Origin: Candidatus Falkowbacteria bacterium
Lineage (GTDB): Bacteria > Patescibacteriota > Patescibacteriia > Patescibacteriales > UBA12465
Assembly: GCA_016432645.1 (NCBI GenBank)
Contig: CP066698.1
Span: 837,062-901,061 of the forward strand
Length of the DNA: 64,000 nucleotides
Direction of reading: 5' to 3'
Numbering within the stretch: the stretch's first letter is position 1; the number at the start of each line of letters is the position of its first letter. Below are positions 53,441-62,776 of this stretch, in pieces. The notes under the pieces are model-generated. The model did no database searches, had not been told where the DNA came from, and worked only from the letters and a program-made list of their open reading frames with translations. The position numbers and the translations under genes were made by a program.

Positions 53441-53473
53441 TTGACAAATTTTAGTTTAGTTGCTAAACTAAAA
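53441..53473 (+). promoter_or_regulatory. Promoter with an overlapping 25-bp palindromic operator upstream of the efflux operon
   Basis: -35 TTGACA (53441-53446). Perfect inverted repeat TTTTAGTTTAG (53449-53459) / CTAAACTAAAA (53463-53473). A candidate -10, TAAACT (53464-53469), lies at 17-nt spacing inside the right arm. Confidence 0.55.
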
Positions 53474-53499
53474 TTAACTAAACTATTAATATACTATTT

Positions 53500-55254
53500 A
53501 TGAGTATTCGTTCCATGTTTACCAGAAAGAAAATCATCTGGACTATTATTATCTTACTTATTGTTGGCGGCGGCGCTTATTATAAGCTAAAGCCGAAAAA
53601 TAATGCCGCCAATATCTCCACAGCAACGGTTACTAGGCAGAATTTAGAACAAACGGTTCTTACTACTGGTCAAGTTGTCAGTGAAACTAATTTAAGCCTT
53701 AGCTTTCAAGCTAGCGGCGTCGTTCAGGAAATAAAGGTTAAGACTGGTGATCAGGTTAAGGCTGGCGATGTGATTGCCACTTTAAGCCAATCCAATGTCA
53801 AGGCGTCGTTAACTAGCGCCAACGGGCAATTAGCTCAAGCGCAGGCTAATTATCAACGCGTTTTGGCCGGGGCATCCCCAGAACAAATTAATGTTTCCGA
53901 GAAAGCGGTTATTTCCTCAAAAGTTGCTTATGATAATGCTGTAAATCAGCTGGCGACAGTTAAAGCCTCGACGGATATTGCCATTAGCCAGGCGCAATTT
54001 ACTCTTGATGATTTGCAGTCCCCGACCTCCGCTTCCGATAATAAACGTTCGGCGATTTTGGTTAATATTGCCAGCCAGTTGGTAGCGGTAAAATCTGATT
54101 TGGATAAACAAAAACAGATTTTAGATGATGATAATTTAGAAAATGTTTTTGGCGTTACTGATTCTTCAAGCTTAAGTAATTTTAAGAGCGCTAACAGTCA
54201 AGTTCAGCCGCTTTTGGATAAAGCTAATGCTAGTTTGGCTACCGCCCAAGGCTATAAGAGTGATGCTAATATTTATCAAGCGGTTGAAGATGCCGTGGCC
54301 GTTTTAAATCAAAATATTCGTGCGCTTAACTATTGTTATACGGCCTTACAAAATTCTATTACTAGCTCACAATTCAGTCAGGCTCAATTGGACTCATATA
54401 AATTAACTATTAATACCGCTTTAGCTAATGAAAATTCTGGTATTAATTTAGTTAAATCTTCACGTCAAGCTTTGACTGATGCCTTGACCGCGGCCGCTAA
54501 TGCGCTTACTAACGCTAAACAATCGGCAACTTCGCAAATCAATGCGGCTCAAAACCAAATTAATAGTGCTCAGGCCGCTTGGCAGCAAGCGCAGGCAACT
54601 TTAGCTCAACAAAAAGCTAAAGCTCAACCGGCGGATATCAATGCGGCTAAGGCGCAGCTATTGTCTGCTCAAGGAAGCGTTGAGGCTGCTCAAACTGCTT
54701 TGGAAAATACCATTTTAAAAGCGCCGGCTGACGGCACAATCACAAGAATAGATACTAAAGTTGGTCAGCAAGCAACTGCTATGCAACCGGTGTTTATTTT
54801 GCAAAATATTAACGCTTTGCACACGGAAGCTTATGTTAGCGAATCTAATGTCGCCAGTTTAAAAATCGGCCAGACAGTCGATTATACCTTTGATGCTTTC
54901 GGCCCTGACCAGCATTTCAGCGGCCAGATTTTAACAATCGATCCGGCTTCAACCGTAATTTCCGGTGTGGTTAATTATTTAGTAAAAGCGGATTTGCCAA
55001 ATGTTCCTGATATTAAGCCCGGGATGACTGCTAATATGACGGTTATGGTGGCGGAAAGAGAAAATGCTCTGGCGGTTACTAGTAGCGCGGTTATCAACCA
55101 AAATGGCGGACAGTATGTCCGCGTAATTAATAATCCGCAAACTAAAACTTTTGATCAAGTACCGGTCGTTACCGGTTTGCAAGCGGATGGCGGCTTAGTA
55201 GAGATTTTAAGCGGCTTGAATGATAATCAAGAAATAGTCACTTTAATTAAATAA
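53500..55254 (+). CDS. HlyD/MacA-family periplasmic adaptor with a long coiled coil
   Basis: An N-terminal TM helix, a lipoyl-like motif (GVVQEIKVKTGDQVKAGDVIATL ... APADGTITRI), an A/Q-rich coiled coil of about 300 aa, and a beta-barrel C-terminus. Confidence 0.85.
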   Translation: MSIRSMFTRKKIIWTIIILLIVGGGAYYKLKPKNNAANISTATVTRQNLEQTVLTTGQVVSETNLSLSFQASGVVQEIKVKTGDQVKAGDVIATLSQSNVKASLTSANGQLAQAQANYQRVLAGASPEQINVSEKAVISSKVAYDNAVNQLATVKASTDIAISQAQFTLDDLQSPTSASDNKRSAILVNIASQLVAVKSDLDKQKQILDDDNLENVFGVTDSSSLSNFKSANSQVQPLLDKANASLATAQGYKSDANIYQAVEDAVAVLNQNIRALNYCYTALQNSITSSQFSQAQLDSYKLTINTALANENSGINLVKSSRQALTDALTAAANALTNAKQSATSQINAAQNQINSAQAAWQQAQATLAQQKAKAQPADINAAKAQLLSAQGSVEAAQTALENTILKAPADGTITRIDTKVGQQATAMQPVFILQNINALHTEAYVSESNVASLKIGQTVDYTFDAFGPDQHFSGQILTIDPASTVISGVVNYLVKADLPNVPDIKPGMTANMTVMVAERENALAVTSSAVINQNGGQYVRVINNPQTKTFDQVPVVTGLQADGGLVEILSGLNDNQEIVTLIK

Positions 55255-55258
55255 AAAA

Positions 55259-55993
55259 ATGGAAAAGAAATCCGTTGTTAATTTAATAACTGTTCAAAAT
55301 CTTAAGAAAGAGTATGTTACCGGCGAAGTTGTCACCCCAGTTTTAAAAGATATTAATTTTAAAATTGACCAGGGGGAATTTGTTGCCATTATGGGTCCAT
55401 CGGGGAGCGGCAAATCGACTTTAATGCATATTCTTAGCTTTTTGGAACGCGGCACTTCCGGCCTTTATCAATTTAAAGGTCAGGATATTAATGAATTTAG
55501 TGATAACTATTTGGCGGAACTACGCAATAAAGAGATTGGTTTTGTTTTCCAATCGTTTAATTTGTTGCCGCGGACAACGGTTTTGGACAATGTTAAGTTG
55601 CCGCTTACCTATAGTAAATTAAAAAATCATGAGCAGCTGGCTAAGAAATCTTTGGATGCTGTTGGTTTATCTCATCGCTTGAATTATTATACTAATCAAA
55701 TTTCCGGCGGGGAAAAGCAGCGCGTCGCGATTGCCAGGGCTTTAGTTTGTGACCCGGCTGTAATTTTTGCCGATGAACCGACCGGCAACCTAGATTCCAA
55801 ATCTGGTAATACGGTAATGTTTTTGTTGCAGCAACTAAATAACCAGGGAAGAACTATTATTTTAGTAACACACGAAACCGATACTGCCAATCACGCCAAA
55901 AGAATTATTCGTATTAAAGACGGAAATATTTTGTCTGACGAGAAGGTTGAAAAGAGGACTATTGCCGAAGCCGACAAAGATTTAATTAAGTAA
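55259..55993 (+). CDS. MacB/LolD-type ABC transporter ATP-binding protein
   Basis: Walker A GPSGSGKST, Q-loop, signature SGGEKQR, Walker B IFADEPTGNLD. Confidence 0.9.
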   Translation: MEKKSVVNLITVQNLKKEYVTGEVVTPVLKDINFKIDQGEFVAIMGPSGSGKSTLMHILSFLERGTSGLYQFKGQDINEFSDNYLAELRNKEIGFVFQSFNLLPRTTVLDNVKLPLTYSKLKNHEQLAKKSLDAVGLSHRLNYYTNQISGGEKQRVAIARALVCDPAVIFADEPTGNLDSKSGNTVMFLLQQLNNQGRTIILVTHETDTANHAKRIIRIKDGNILSDEKVEKRTIAEADKDLIK

Positions 55994-56012
55994 TTCGGGC
56001 TATTATAATTTT

Positions 56013-57278
56013 GTGAAACCGCTTTCCATTATAAAATTAGTTGTTAAAAATTTACGGGCGCGTAAAGGGCGCACAATTTTAACGATTTTAGGTATTACCA
56101 TCGGCGTTGCCGGCGTTATTATTATTATGTCGCTTGGCGGCGGTGCTCAAAGCTTAATCTTGGGCCAGGTTACCAAGCTTGGTAGCAATTTACTCTATAT
56201 TATTCCAGGACGCGTAGCGGATAATGGAGCCCCGATACCCGGTCTAGTGATTACCAGTTTAGTAGAGAATGATGCCCAGGCTTTGCGTAATAAAGGCCGC
56301 TTGCCTTATGTCAGCGCTGTCGCCGCCTCTGTTTCCGGAACGGCGAATATTACTTGGAATAATAAGACAGTTGATACAACTTTTTCGGCTATTGATGAAG
56401 ACTATACCCGGGTTGTTGATTTTACCATGCAATCCGGACAATTTTTTAGCGCCGCGGAAGAAGATGGCGGCGCCAATGTCGTGGTTTTAGGCTCAGAAAT
56501 CAGCGATGAATTATTCAAAGACTCCGGCACAAATCCCATCGGCCAGGTTATAAAAATAAAGAGTGTGACTCAAAATGATGCCGGCGGCGTTCCTTTGCGG
56601 GTTATTGGCGTTATTGCCTCGCGCGGTTCTTCCTTTTTCCAGAATCAAGATAGATTGGTTTTTTTACCGCTGACTATCGGTCAAAATCAAATTTTAGGAA
56701 TTAACCATCTTAATTCCATCCAAATCAAGGTCAGTGATTCGGCGTACGTCGATGATACAATCGCCACCATTAAGACTGTTTTAAAGCAGCAGCATCATAT
56801 TTTAGACGAAGCTGATGTTGATTTTGAAATTCGCAATCAAGCCGAAGCAGTTAAGATTTTATCAACCATCACCGATGCCCTTAGTCTATTTTTAGTAGCC
56901 ATGGCCGGCATTTCTCTGGTTGTCGGCGGTATCGGCATTTTAAATATTATGGTCGCAACTGTGGGCGAAAGAACTAGGGAAATTGGATTACGAAAAGCGG
57001 TGGGAGCAACTAAAAAAGCCATCCGCAATCAATTTTTATTAGAAGCCGTTTTGCTTACCAGCTTGGGCGGTTTTATTGGAATTATTATTGGAGTACTAGT
57101 TTCTTATATAATTGCTCTGGTTATGCAAAAATTAGATTATGATTGGGCTTTTATAATTTCCGTTGGTTCTATTTTATTATCGGTCGGCGTTTCCGTTTTA
57201 ACTGGCATTGTTTTTGGCTTATTTCCGGCGATTAAAGCCGCTAAATTAGACCCAATTGACGCTTTAAGATACGAATAA
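56013..57278 (+). CDS. MacB-type ABC transporter permease (FtsX domain)
   Basis: GTG start. TM1, a large extracytoplasmic domain, and three C-terminal TM helices with ERTREIGLRKAVGA and DPIDALRYE. Confidence 0.85.
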   Translation: MKPLSIIKLVVKNLRARKGRTILTILGITIGVAGVIIIMSLGGGAQSLILGQVTKLGSNLLYIIPGRVADNGAPIPGLVITSLVENDAQALRNKGRLPYVSAVAASVSGTANITWNNKTVDTTFSAIDEDYTRVVDFTMQSGQFFSAAEEDGGANVVVLGSEISDELFKDSGTNPIGQVIKIKSVTQNDAGGVPLRVIGVIASRGSSFFQNQDRLVFLPLTIGQNQILGINHLNSIQIKVSDSAYVDDTIATIKTVLKQQHHILDEADVDFEIRNQAEAVKILSTITDALSLFLVAMAGISLVVGGIGILNIMVATVGERTREIGLRKAVGATKKAIRNQFLLEAVLLTSLGGFIGIIIGVLVSYIIALVMQKLDYDWAFIISVGSILLSVGVSVLTGIVFGLFPAIKAAKLDPIDALRYE

Positions 57279-57280
57279 TT

Positions 57281-58516
57281 ATGTTAAATGCTATTCAACA
57301 AGCCCTTAAAGCATTGCTGTCCAACAAGGGCCGGACTTTTTTGACCACCCTGGGAATTATGATTGGCATCGCGACCGTAATTTTAGTGTTATCGGCCGGC
57401 GCCGGTTTTCGTGAATTGATTAATAAAGAAATTGATACTTTCGGCACCAATACTCTTTATATCCAAACCAGAGTTCCTTCTAAAAATAAAAATAATAGTC
57501 CTCGAGACGAAGTGAGTTCCGGCATTACTATCACCAGCTTTAAGCAGCGCGATCTGGACGATATTGAGAAGCTCGCTAATGTGGCTAATAGTTATGGCAT
57601 GGTTTTGGGCCAGGCGGCCGCCAGTTATCGTAATAATAATAAAACGGCTATTTACGTTGGCACTTCGGCGAGCATGTTCGAAATTGATAAAAATGAATTG
57701 CGGGCGGGACGACCGTTTACCGCCGCTGAAGATAGCAGTGGCGCGCAAGTGGTTGTTATCGGTGATAAAATTGCCACGGCCTTATTCAAACAAGACGATC
57801 CTCTGGGGAAATTAATACGCGTCGGTTCCTTAAATTTTCAAGTAATTGGCGTTTATGCGCCGTCTAGCGGTATCAGCGGCGGGAACGACGATTATATATT
57901 TATGCCGCTGGTCACAGCTCAGAAAAAAATGCTGGGAATAAATTATTTATTGCAGGGCGTAGTGCAGCTAAAAGATAACAATTTCAGCGACGTGACTTCT
58001 GAAGAAATTAAAAATATTATGCGGCGCAACCATAATATTACCGACCCGGAAAAGGAAGACTTTGAGGTCATGACTCAAGAACAAATAATGGATATCATTA
58101 ACACTATTTTTGATAGTATAACCATCTTGCTAATTGCAATTGCCGCGATTTCTTTAATTGTCGGCGGCGTGGGAATTATGAATATTATGTATGTCGTGGT
58201 TACCGAAAGAACGGCAGAAATCGGTTTGCGTAAAGCGCTGGGCGCCAAAAATTCTAATATCTTACAAGAATTTTTAGTGGAGGCGGTGATCGTTACGATT
58301 ATCGGCGGGATTATTGGTATTTTGTTCGGCGCCTTTTTAACTTGGGTGCTCACGGCCGTCGCTACGGCTAACGGCTTGGCCTGGAGTTTTGTGTTGCCGC
58401 TATATGCTATTGGAATAGGTTTTGGCGTTTCGGCGATTATTGGCATTAGCTTCGGCGTCTTTCCAGCAGTCAATGCATCTAAAATGGATCCGATTGAGGC
58501 TTTAAGGCACGAATAA
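57281..58516 (+). CDS. MacB-type ABC transporter permease, second paralog
   Basis: Same architecture as the first permease, with ERTAEIGLRKALGA and DPIEALRHE. Confidence 0.85.
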   Translation: MLNAIQQALKALLSNKGRTFLTTLGIMIGIATVILVLSAGAGFRELINKEIDTFGTNTLYIQTRVPSKNKNNSPRDEVSSGITITSFKQRDLDDIEKLANVANSYGMVLGQAAASYRNNNKTAIYVGTSASMFEIDKNELRAGRPFTAAEDSSGAQVVVIGDKIATALFKQDDPLGKLIRVGSLNFQVIGVYAPSSGISGGNDDYIFMPLVTAQKKMLGINYLLQGVVQLKDNNFSDVTSEEIKNIMRRNHNITDPEKEDFEVMTQEQIMDIINTIFDSITILLIAIAAISLIVGGVGIMNIMYVVVTERTAEIGLRKALGAKNSNILQEFLVEAVIVTIIGGIIGILFGAFLTWVLTAVATANGLAWSFVLPLYAIGIGFGVSAIIGISFGVFPAVNASKMDPIEALRHE

Positions 58517-58527
58517 TCTAAATATTT

Positions 58528-58965
58528 ATGAATGATGGGCGACAAAAATTATTGCAAGAATTGATTCAGAAATTAACTGAAGTTTTTCAGTCTACCCATA
58601 AAGACCATTGTTTTTCTTTTGACGGCCTAGCCCTGCGCCGGCAAGAAATGATGATTTTATTTTTTATCAATGAAAAAAAAGGCCAAGCATCAGTTAAGGA
58701 AATTGCTAATTTTCTCAACGTTACTTCGGGAGCTGTCACGCAGTTTACCGACGGTTTAGTGGAAAAGAAACTGGTAGAAAGAACACCCGGTTTAATTGAT
58801 AGGCGCCAGGTGAACATTAAGCTAATGCCGCATGTTAAAAGTGATTTTAGCCATTTTAAAGAAAGATATTTAGAGTCAATTAGCCAATCGTTTTCTATTC
58901 TTAGCGATGTTGAATTGCGGCAATTGATTAAGCTCTTGGAAAAAGTGGGTAGAGCTATTCGTTGA
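58528..58965 (+). CDS. MarR-family transcriptional regulator
   Basis: 145 aa with a winged-HTH segment (SVKEIANFLNVTSGAVTQFTDGLVEKKLVER..DRRQV). Confidence 0.75.
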   Translation: MNDGRQKLLQELIQKLTEVFQSTHKDHCFSFDGLALRRQEMMILFFINEKKGQASVKEIANFLNVTSGAVTQFTDGLVEKKLVERTPGLIDRRQVNIKLMPHVKSDFSHFKERYLESISQSFSILSDVELRQLIKLLEKVGRAIR

Positions 58966-59065
58966 TTAAACAACGGGAATATCGGCGGAAAAAATTAAAT
59001 TAGATAGTTAAAGGCTCCATTGAGTCTTTTTTGTTGACTTTTTTATTTTTAAGTTATATGATTAA

Positions 59066-59080
59066 TGCAACAATGTTGCA
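59066..59080 (+). promoter_or_regulatory. Candidate Fur/Zur-type operator (7-1-7 palindrome)
   Basis: TGCAACA-A-TGTTGCA is a perfect inverted repeat. It ends 4 nt before the ATG of the Fur-family gene. Confidence 0.5.
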
Positions 59081-59083
59081 ATT

Positions 59084-59503
59084 ATGAATAAAGAAAATAT
59101 TTATCAAAATATTCGCAATCAGGGCGGGCGTTTAACCAGATTACGCAAGGGGATTGTTCAAATTTTGTTGGCAGAAGACTGTTTACTTTCCTCGGCTAAG
59201 TTATTGTCGCGGCTAAATAAATCAAATCTAACTCCAAATCGCTCCACGATTTTTAGGGAATTATTATTTTTGACTAATAATCAAATCATTTTGAAAAATA
59301 ATATTTCCGGCGTTGATTATTACGAAATCCCTTGCGATAAGCATCATCATCATTTGGTCTGTTTGAAATGCCATGCGATAAGCAAGGTGGAGCTCGCCGA
59401 TCAACTGCAAAAGCAGGAGAAAAAAATTGCCAAACAAAATAAATTTAAAGTTATTAATCATTCTTTGGAATTTTATGGCTATTGTCGGAAATGCCAAGTT
59501 TAA
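59084..59503 (+). CDS. zur: Fur-family metalloregulator, probably Zur
   Basis: An N-terminal winged helix, HHHH, and CLKC...CRKC metal sites. It sits immediately upstream of a ZnuABC-type transporter. Confidence 0.75.
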   Translation: MNKENIYQNIRNQGGRLTRLRKGIVQILLAEDCLLSSAKLLSRLNKSNLTPNRSTIFRELLFLTNNQIILKNNISGVDYYEIPCDKHHHHLVCLKCHAISKVELADQLQKQEKKIAKQNKFKVINHSLEFYGYCRKCQV

Positions 59504-59507
59504 ATAT

Positions 59508-60440
59508 ATGAAAAAAATTATTTTAGTGGTCAGCTTGTTAATAATTGTTTTTGCCGGCTTATATCTCGCGGCTAATTACCAGCGCTCGCCTCGGACCGGC
59601 AGGGAAAAGCTGGCCGTGGTCACTACTATTTTCCCTTTGTATGATTTTGCCAAAGCAATCGGCGGTGATCGGGCAGAAGTTTCTTTACTTCTGCCTCCAG
59701 GCGTAGAATCTCATAGCTTTGAGCCGAAGCCAAGCGATGTCGCTGAAATTAATATGGCCGACATTTTTATTTATACCGGTAGTTTTATGGAGCCCTGGGC
59801 AGAGGATATTATTCAAGGTACCGATAAACAAAATTTAGAAGTAGTGGATGCCAGTAATGGCATTACCTTAATTCCTGGGGTTTTTCATGATGAGGATGAG
59901 CCGGCCGGCTCCAATGACCCACATATCTGGCTTGATTTTACTAATGATCAGCAAATTATCCAGACAATTACGGCCGCTTTTAGCGCCCAGGATCCGAAAA
60001 ATGCCACTTATTATGAAGCACGCGCTGTCACTTATCAAGAATCTTTAAAAACGCTAGATTCGCAATATCAAACCACGCTGGCTAATTGCGCCTCTCGAGA
60101 GGTTGTTTATGGCGGGCACTATGCCTTTGGTTATTTAGCGCGACGCTATAATTTAGAATACTTAGCGGCGCAAGGAGTTTCTCCGGATGCTGAACCGACT
60201 GCTCAGGATTTAATAAATTTAGTAGATCAGATAAAAAATAATAATATTAAATACGTTTTTTATGAAGAGCTGAGTTCGCCTAAGGTGGCCGAAACCATTG
60301 CTCAAGAAACGGACACTAAGATGTTGTTGCTAAATGCCGCTCATAATCTTAGCCGTGAAGATTTAGCGGCCAGCAAAACCTTTTTGCAAGTTATGGAAGA
60401 AAATTTAAATAATTTAAAAACTGGCTTGCGGTGTAATTAA
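59508..60440 (+). CDS. znuA: Metal (Zn/Mn) ABC transporter substrate-binding protein
   Basis: Signal/anchor MKKIILVVSLLIIVFAG, the acidic/His loop FHDEDEPAGSNDPHIW, and a TroA-like fold. The start is moved to ATG 59508 because the track's start at 59427 overlaps zur. Confidence 0.8.
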   Translation: MKKIILVVSLLIIVFAGLYLAANYQRSPRTGREKLAVVTTIFPLYDFAKAIGGDRAEVSLLLPPGVESHSFEPKPSDVAEINMADIFIYTGSFMEPWAEDIIQGTDKQNLEVVDASNGITLIPGVFHDEDEPAGSNDPHIWLDFTNDQQIIQTITAAFSAQDPKNATYYEARAVTYQESLKTLDSQYQTTLANCASREVVYGGHYAFGYLARRYNLEYLAAQGVSPDAEPTAQDLINLVDQIKNNNIKYVFYEELSSPKVAETIAQETDTKMLLLNAAHNLSREDLAASKTFLQVMEENLNNLKTGLRCN

Positions 60441-60446
60441 TTTTTT

Positions 60447-61199
60447 ATGTCATTGATCATCGAAGCAAAAAATATTTCCGTAAATTATGGATCAAGCGAG
60501 GTTTTAAAAAACATTTCCTTTGGTATTGAAAAAGGAGATTTTGTGGGCTTGGCTGGTTCTAACGGTGCTGGCAAAACGACTTTGGTTAAGGCACTTTTAG
60601 GTCTTTTACCGCTGACTACTGGAAAAATAGAATTATTTGGAGAAAACGAAGAACGCTTTAATGATTGGCAGAAAATTGGCTATTTGCCGCAAAAGTTTTC
60701 GACAATTAACGTTCTTTTTCCAGCAACCGTTGAAGAAGTTATCGCTTTGGGATTATTATCTACTAAAAAATTTCCCAAAAGAATTACAGCGGCTGACCGT
60801 AAAAAGACTAAGGCGTTGATGACGGAGTTGGGAATTACCGAACAAGCCAAAAAAATGCTGTCGGAGCTTTCCGGCGGCCAACAACAAAAAGTTCTTTTAG
60901 GACGCGCCTTAATCTCCGAGCCGGAAGTTTTAATTTTTGATGAACCATCAACTGCGCTGGACCCAAATTCCCGGGATTCGTTTTTTAAGTTGTTACAGAC
61001 TTTAAATAAAGAAAAGGGGATAACTATTATTTTGATAACCCATGACACTGGTTATATCGGCAAATATGCTAATAAACTTCTATATATTGATAGAGAATTG
61101 ATTTATTTCGGAAAATTTTCGGAATTTTGCGCCGACAAGCAAATGAAATCTTATTTTGGCGAACATGAACAGCATATAATTTGCCACCAACACGACTAA
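60447..61199 (+). CDS. znuC: Metal ABC transporter ATP-binding protein
   Basis: Walker A GSNGAGKTT, signature SGGQQQK, Walker B LIFDEPSTALD. Confidence 0.85.
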   Translation: MSLIIEAKNISVNYGSSEVLKNISFGIEKGDFVGLAGSNGAGKTTLVKALLGLLPLTTGKIELFGENEERFNDWQKIGYLPQKFSTINVLFPATVEEVIALGLLSTKKFPKRITAADRKKTKALMTELGITEQAKKMLSELSGGQQQKVLLGRALISEPEVLIFDEPSTALDPNSRDSFFKLLQTLNKEKGITIILITHDTGYIGKYANKLLYIDRELIYFGKFSEFCADKQMKSYFGEHEQHIICHQHD

Positions 61200-61200
61200 T

Positions 61201-62007
61201 ATGGAAATCCTTAATTTTTTACAATATTCATTTATTCAGAGGGCTTTTGTGGCCGGAGTTTTTGTGGCCGTTATTTGTTCGGCTTTAGGTCTATTCTTGG
61301 TTTTAAGAAAAATGTCTTTGATTGGCGACGGCTTGTCTCATGTTAGTTTCGGGGCAATCGCCCTGGGTTTATTTTTTGGAATTTATCCTTTCTATATCGC
61401 AATTCCTTTGGTGATTTTGGCCTCCGTCTTGATTTTAAAAATAAGTGAAAAAGCTCAAATATACGGAGATGCAGCGATTGGCATTGTTTCCGCCGTCGGC
61501 ATTTCTGGTGGCGTTATTCTAGCTAGCCTATCAAGTGGTTTTAATGTTGATCTTTTTAGTTACCTTTTTGGTAATATTTTGGCCATTAGCCAGGCCGAGG
61601 TTATCTCATCAGCTTTGCTATCCATCATTGTTATGGCGGTTATCTACTTTTTTTATTGGGATTTATTTTCCGCTACTTTTGATGAAGAATATGCTAAGAC
61701 TACTGGAGTTAAAACAGCTTTTATTAATAATTTATTGACCGTTTTAACGGCAGTAACCGTTGTTTTATCTATTAGAATGGTGGGGGTAATGCTGGTTTCG
61801 GCTTTGTTAATATTGCCGGCGGTAACTGCTTTGCAATTATCGCGCGGCTTCAAAACAGCGATGACAATTGGCGCCGCCGCCTCTTTGCTGTCAGTAATTT
61901 TAGGTATCAGCTTTTCATTTTTCTTAGATTTGCCTACCGGAGCTACAATTGTTATGATTAATGTAGCATTCTTTGGTTTGGCATTTGTTTATAAGAAGAT
62001 TGCTTAA
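61201..62007 (+). CDS. znuB: Metal ABC transporter permease
   Basis: 268-aa polytopic ABC-3 family protein (LIGDGLSHVSFGAIALG). Confidence 0.85.
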   Translation: MEILNFLQYSFIQRAFVAGVFVAVICSALGLFLVLRKMSLIGDGLSHVSFGAIALGLFFGIYPFYIAIPLVILASVLILKISEKAQIYGDAAIGIVSAVGISGGVILASLSSGFNVDLFSYLFGNILAISQAEVISSALLSIIVMAVIYFFYWDLFSATFDEEYAKTTGVKTAFINNLLTVLTAVTVVLSIRMVGVMLVSALLILPAVTALQLSRGFKTAMTIGAAASLLSVILGISFSFFLDLPTGATIVMINVAFFGLAFVYKKIA

Positions 62008-62017
62008 TTCTATTAAT

Positions 62018-62776
62018 ATGAAAAGAAGAAGCTTGGAGAAAATTATCTTAATTATTCTCGGGCCGCTTAGCTTGTTGGCTGTTTATTTTTTTATTGCTAA
62101 TTGGTTTTTTTATCATCAGATAGAAATTTCTAGATTACAGGTTGTTGATTTAAAGCATAAATATATTTTTAACGAAACGGCCGCGACTTCTTCAGAGATT
62201 ATTTATGCCGCCCTAGGAGATAGTTTGACTGCCGGTGTCGGCGCAGTTGATTATGAGCAGTCTTATCCGTATCTGGTCGCCAAAAAAATTGCCGGCCAAG
62301 AAACTAAAGTTACGCATCTAAATTTTTCTTACCCAGGTTATAAGACCTACGATTTAATTAGGGACATGTTGCCGGAAGCTATTGCTAGCCAACCCGATGT
62401 CATTACTATTCTGATTGGCGTTAATGATGTTCATAATAATGATAATCGTCAGCAATTCAAACGTAATTATGAAGATATCTTACAGCAGTTAAGTACTAAA
62501 ACTGACGCCAAAATCAATGTTGTCAGTATTCCGCTTATTGGCTCTAAATATTCTTTATGGCCCGGTTATCGAGTTTATTATTATTCCAAGAGCCTAATTT
62601 TTAATCAGATTATTCGGGAGCTAGCTGATAAATATCAAATTAATTATATTGATTTAACAAATTCCACCAGACAATATTCGCTTACCCCTGGTTATTATGC
62701 CGTTGACGGTTTTCATCCGGCTGGCTTGGGTTATCAGTATTGGTCTCAAATAATTTATGATCATCTCGATAAATAA
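62018..62776 (+). CDS. SGNH/GDSL hydrolase-family protein
   Basis: An N-terminal anchor, block I GDSLTAG, block III GVNDV, and block V DGFHP. The start is placed at ATG 62018. Confidence 0.8.
   Translation: MKRRSLEKIILIILGPLSLLAVYFFIANWFFYHQIEISRLQVVDLKHKYIFNETAATSSEIIYAALGDSLTAGVGAVDYEQSYPYLVAKKIAGQETKVTHLNFSYPGYKTYDLIRDMLPEAIASQPDVITILIGVNDVHNNDNRQQFKRNYEDILQQLSTKTDAKINVVSIPLIGSKYSLWPGYRVYYYSKSLIFNQIIRELADKYQINYIDLTNSTRQYSLTPGYYAVDGFHPAGLGYQYWSQIIYDHLDK

Noticed and set aside
59427-59507. N-terminal extensions proposed by the ORF track: znuA at 59427, the Wzy-like gene at 15659, the TspO-like gene at 39028, the ftsB-like gene at 32611, DUF2177 at 40326, SGNH at 61973, and 28068
   Set aside because: Each extension overlaps the upstream gene, a terminator hairpin or a repeat, and uses a non-ATG or poorly placed codon. 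An in-frame ATG downstream gives a typical signal or TM N-terminus, so I used that ATG instead.
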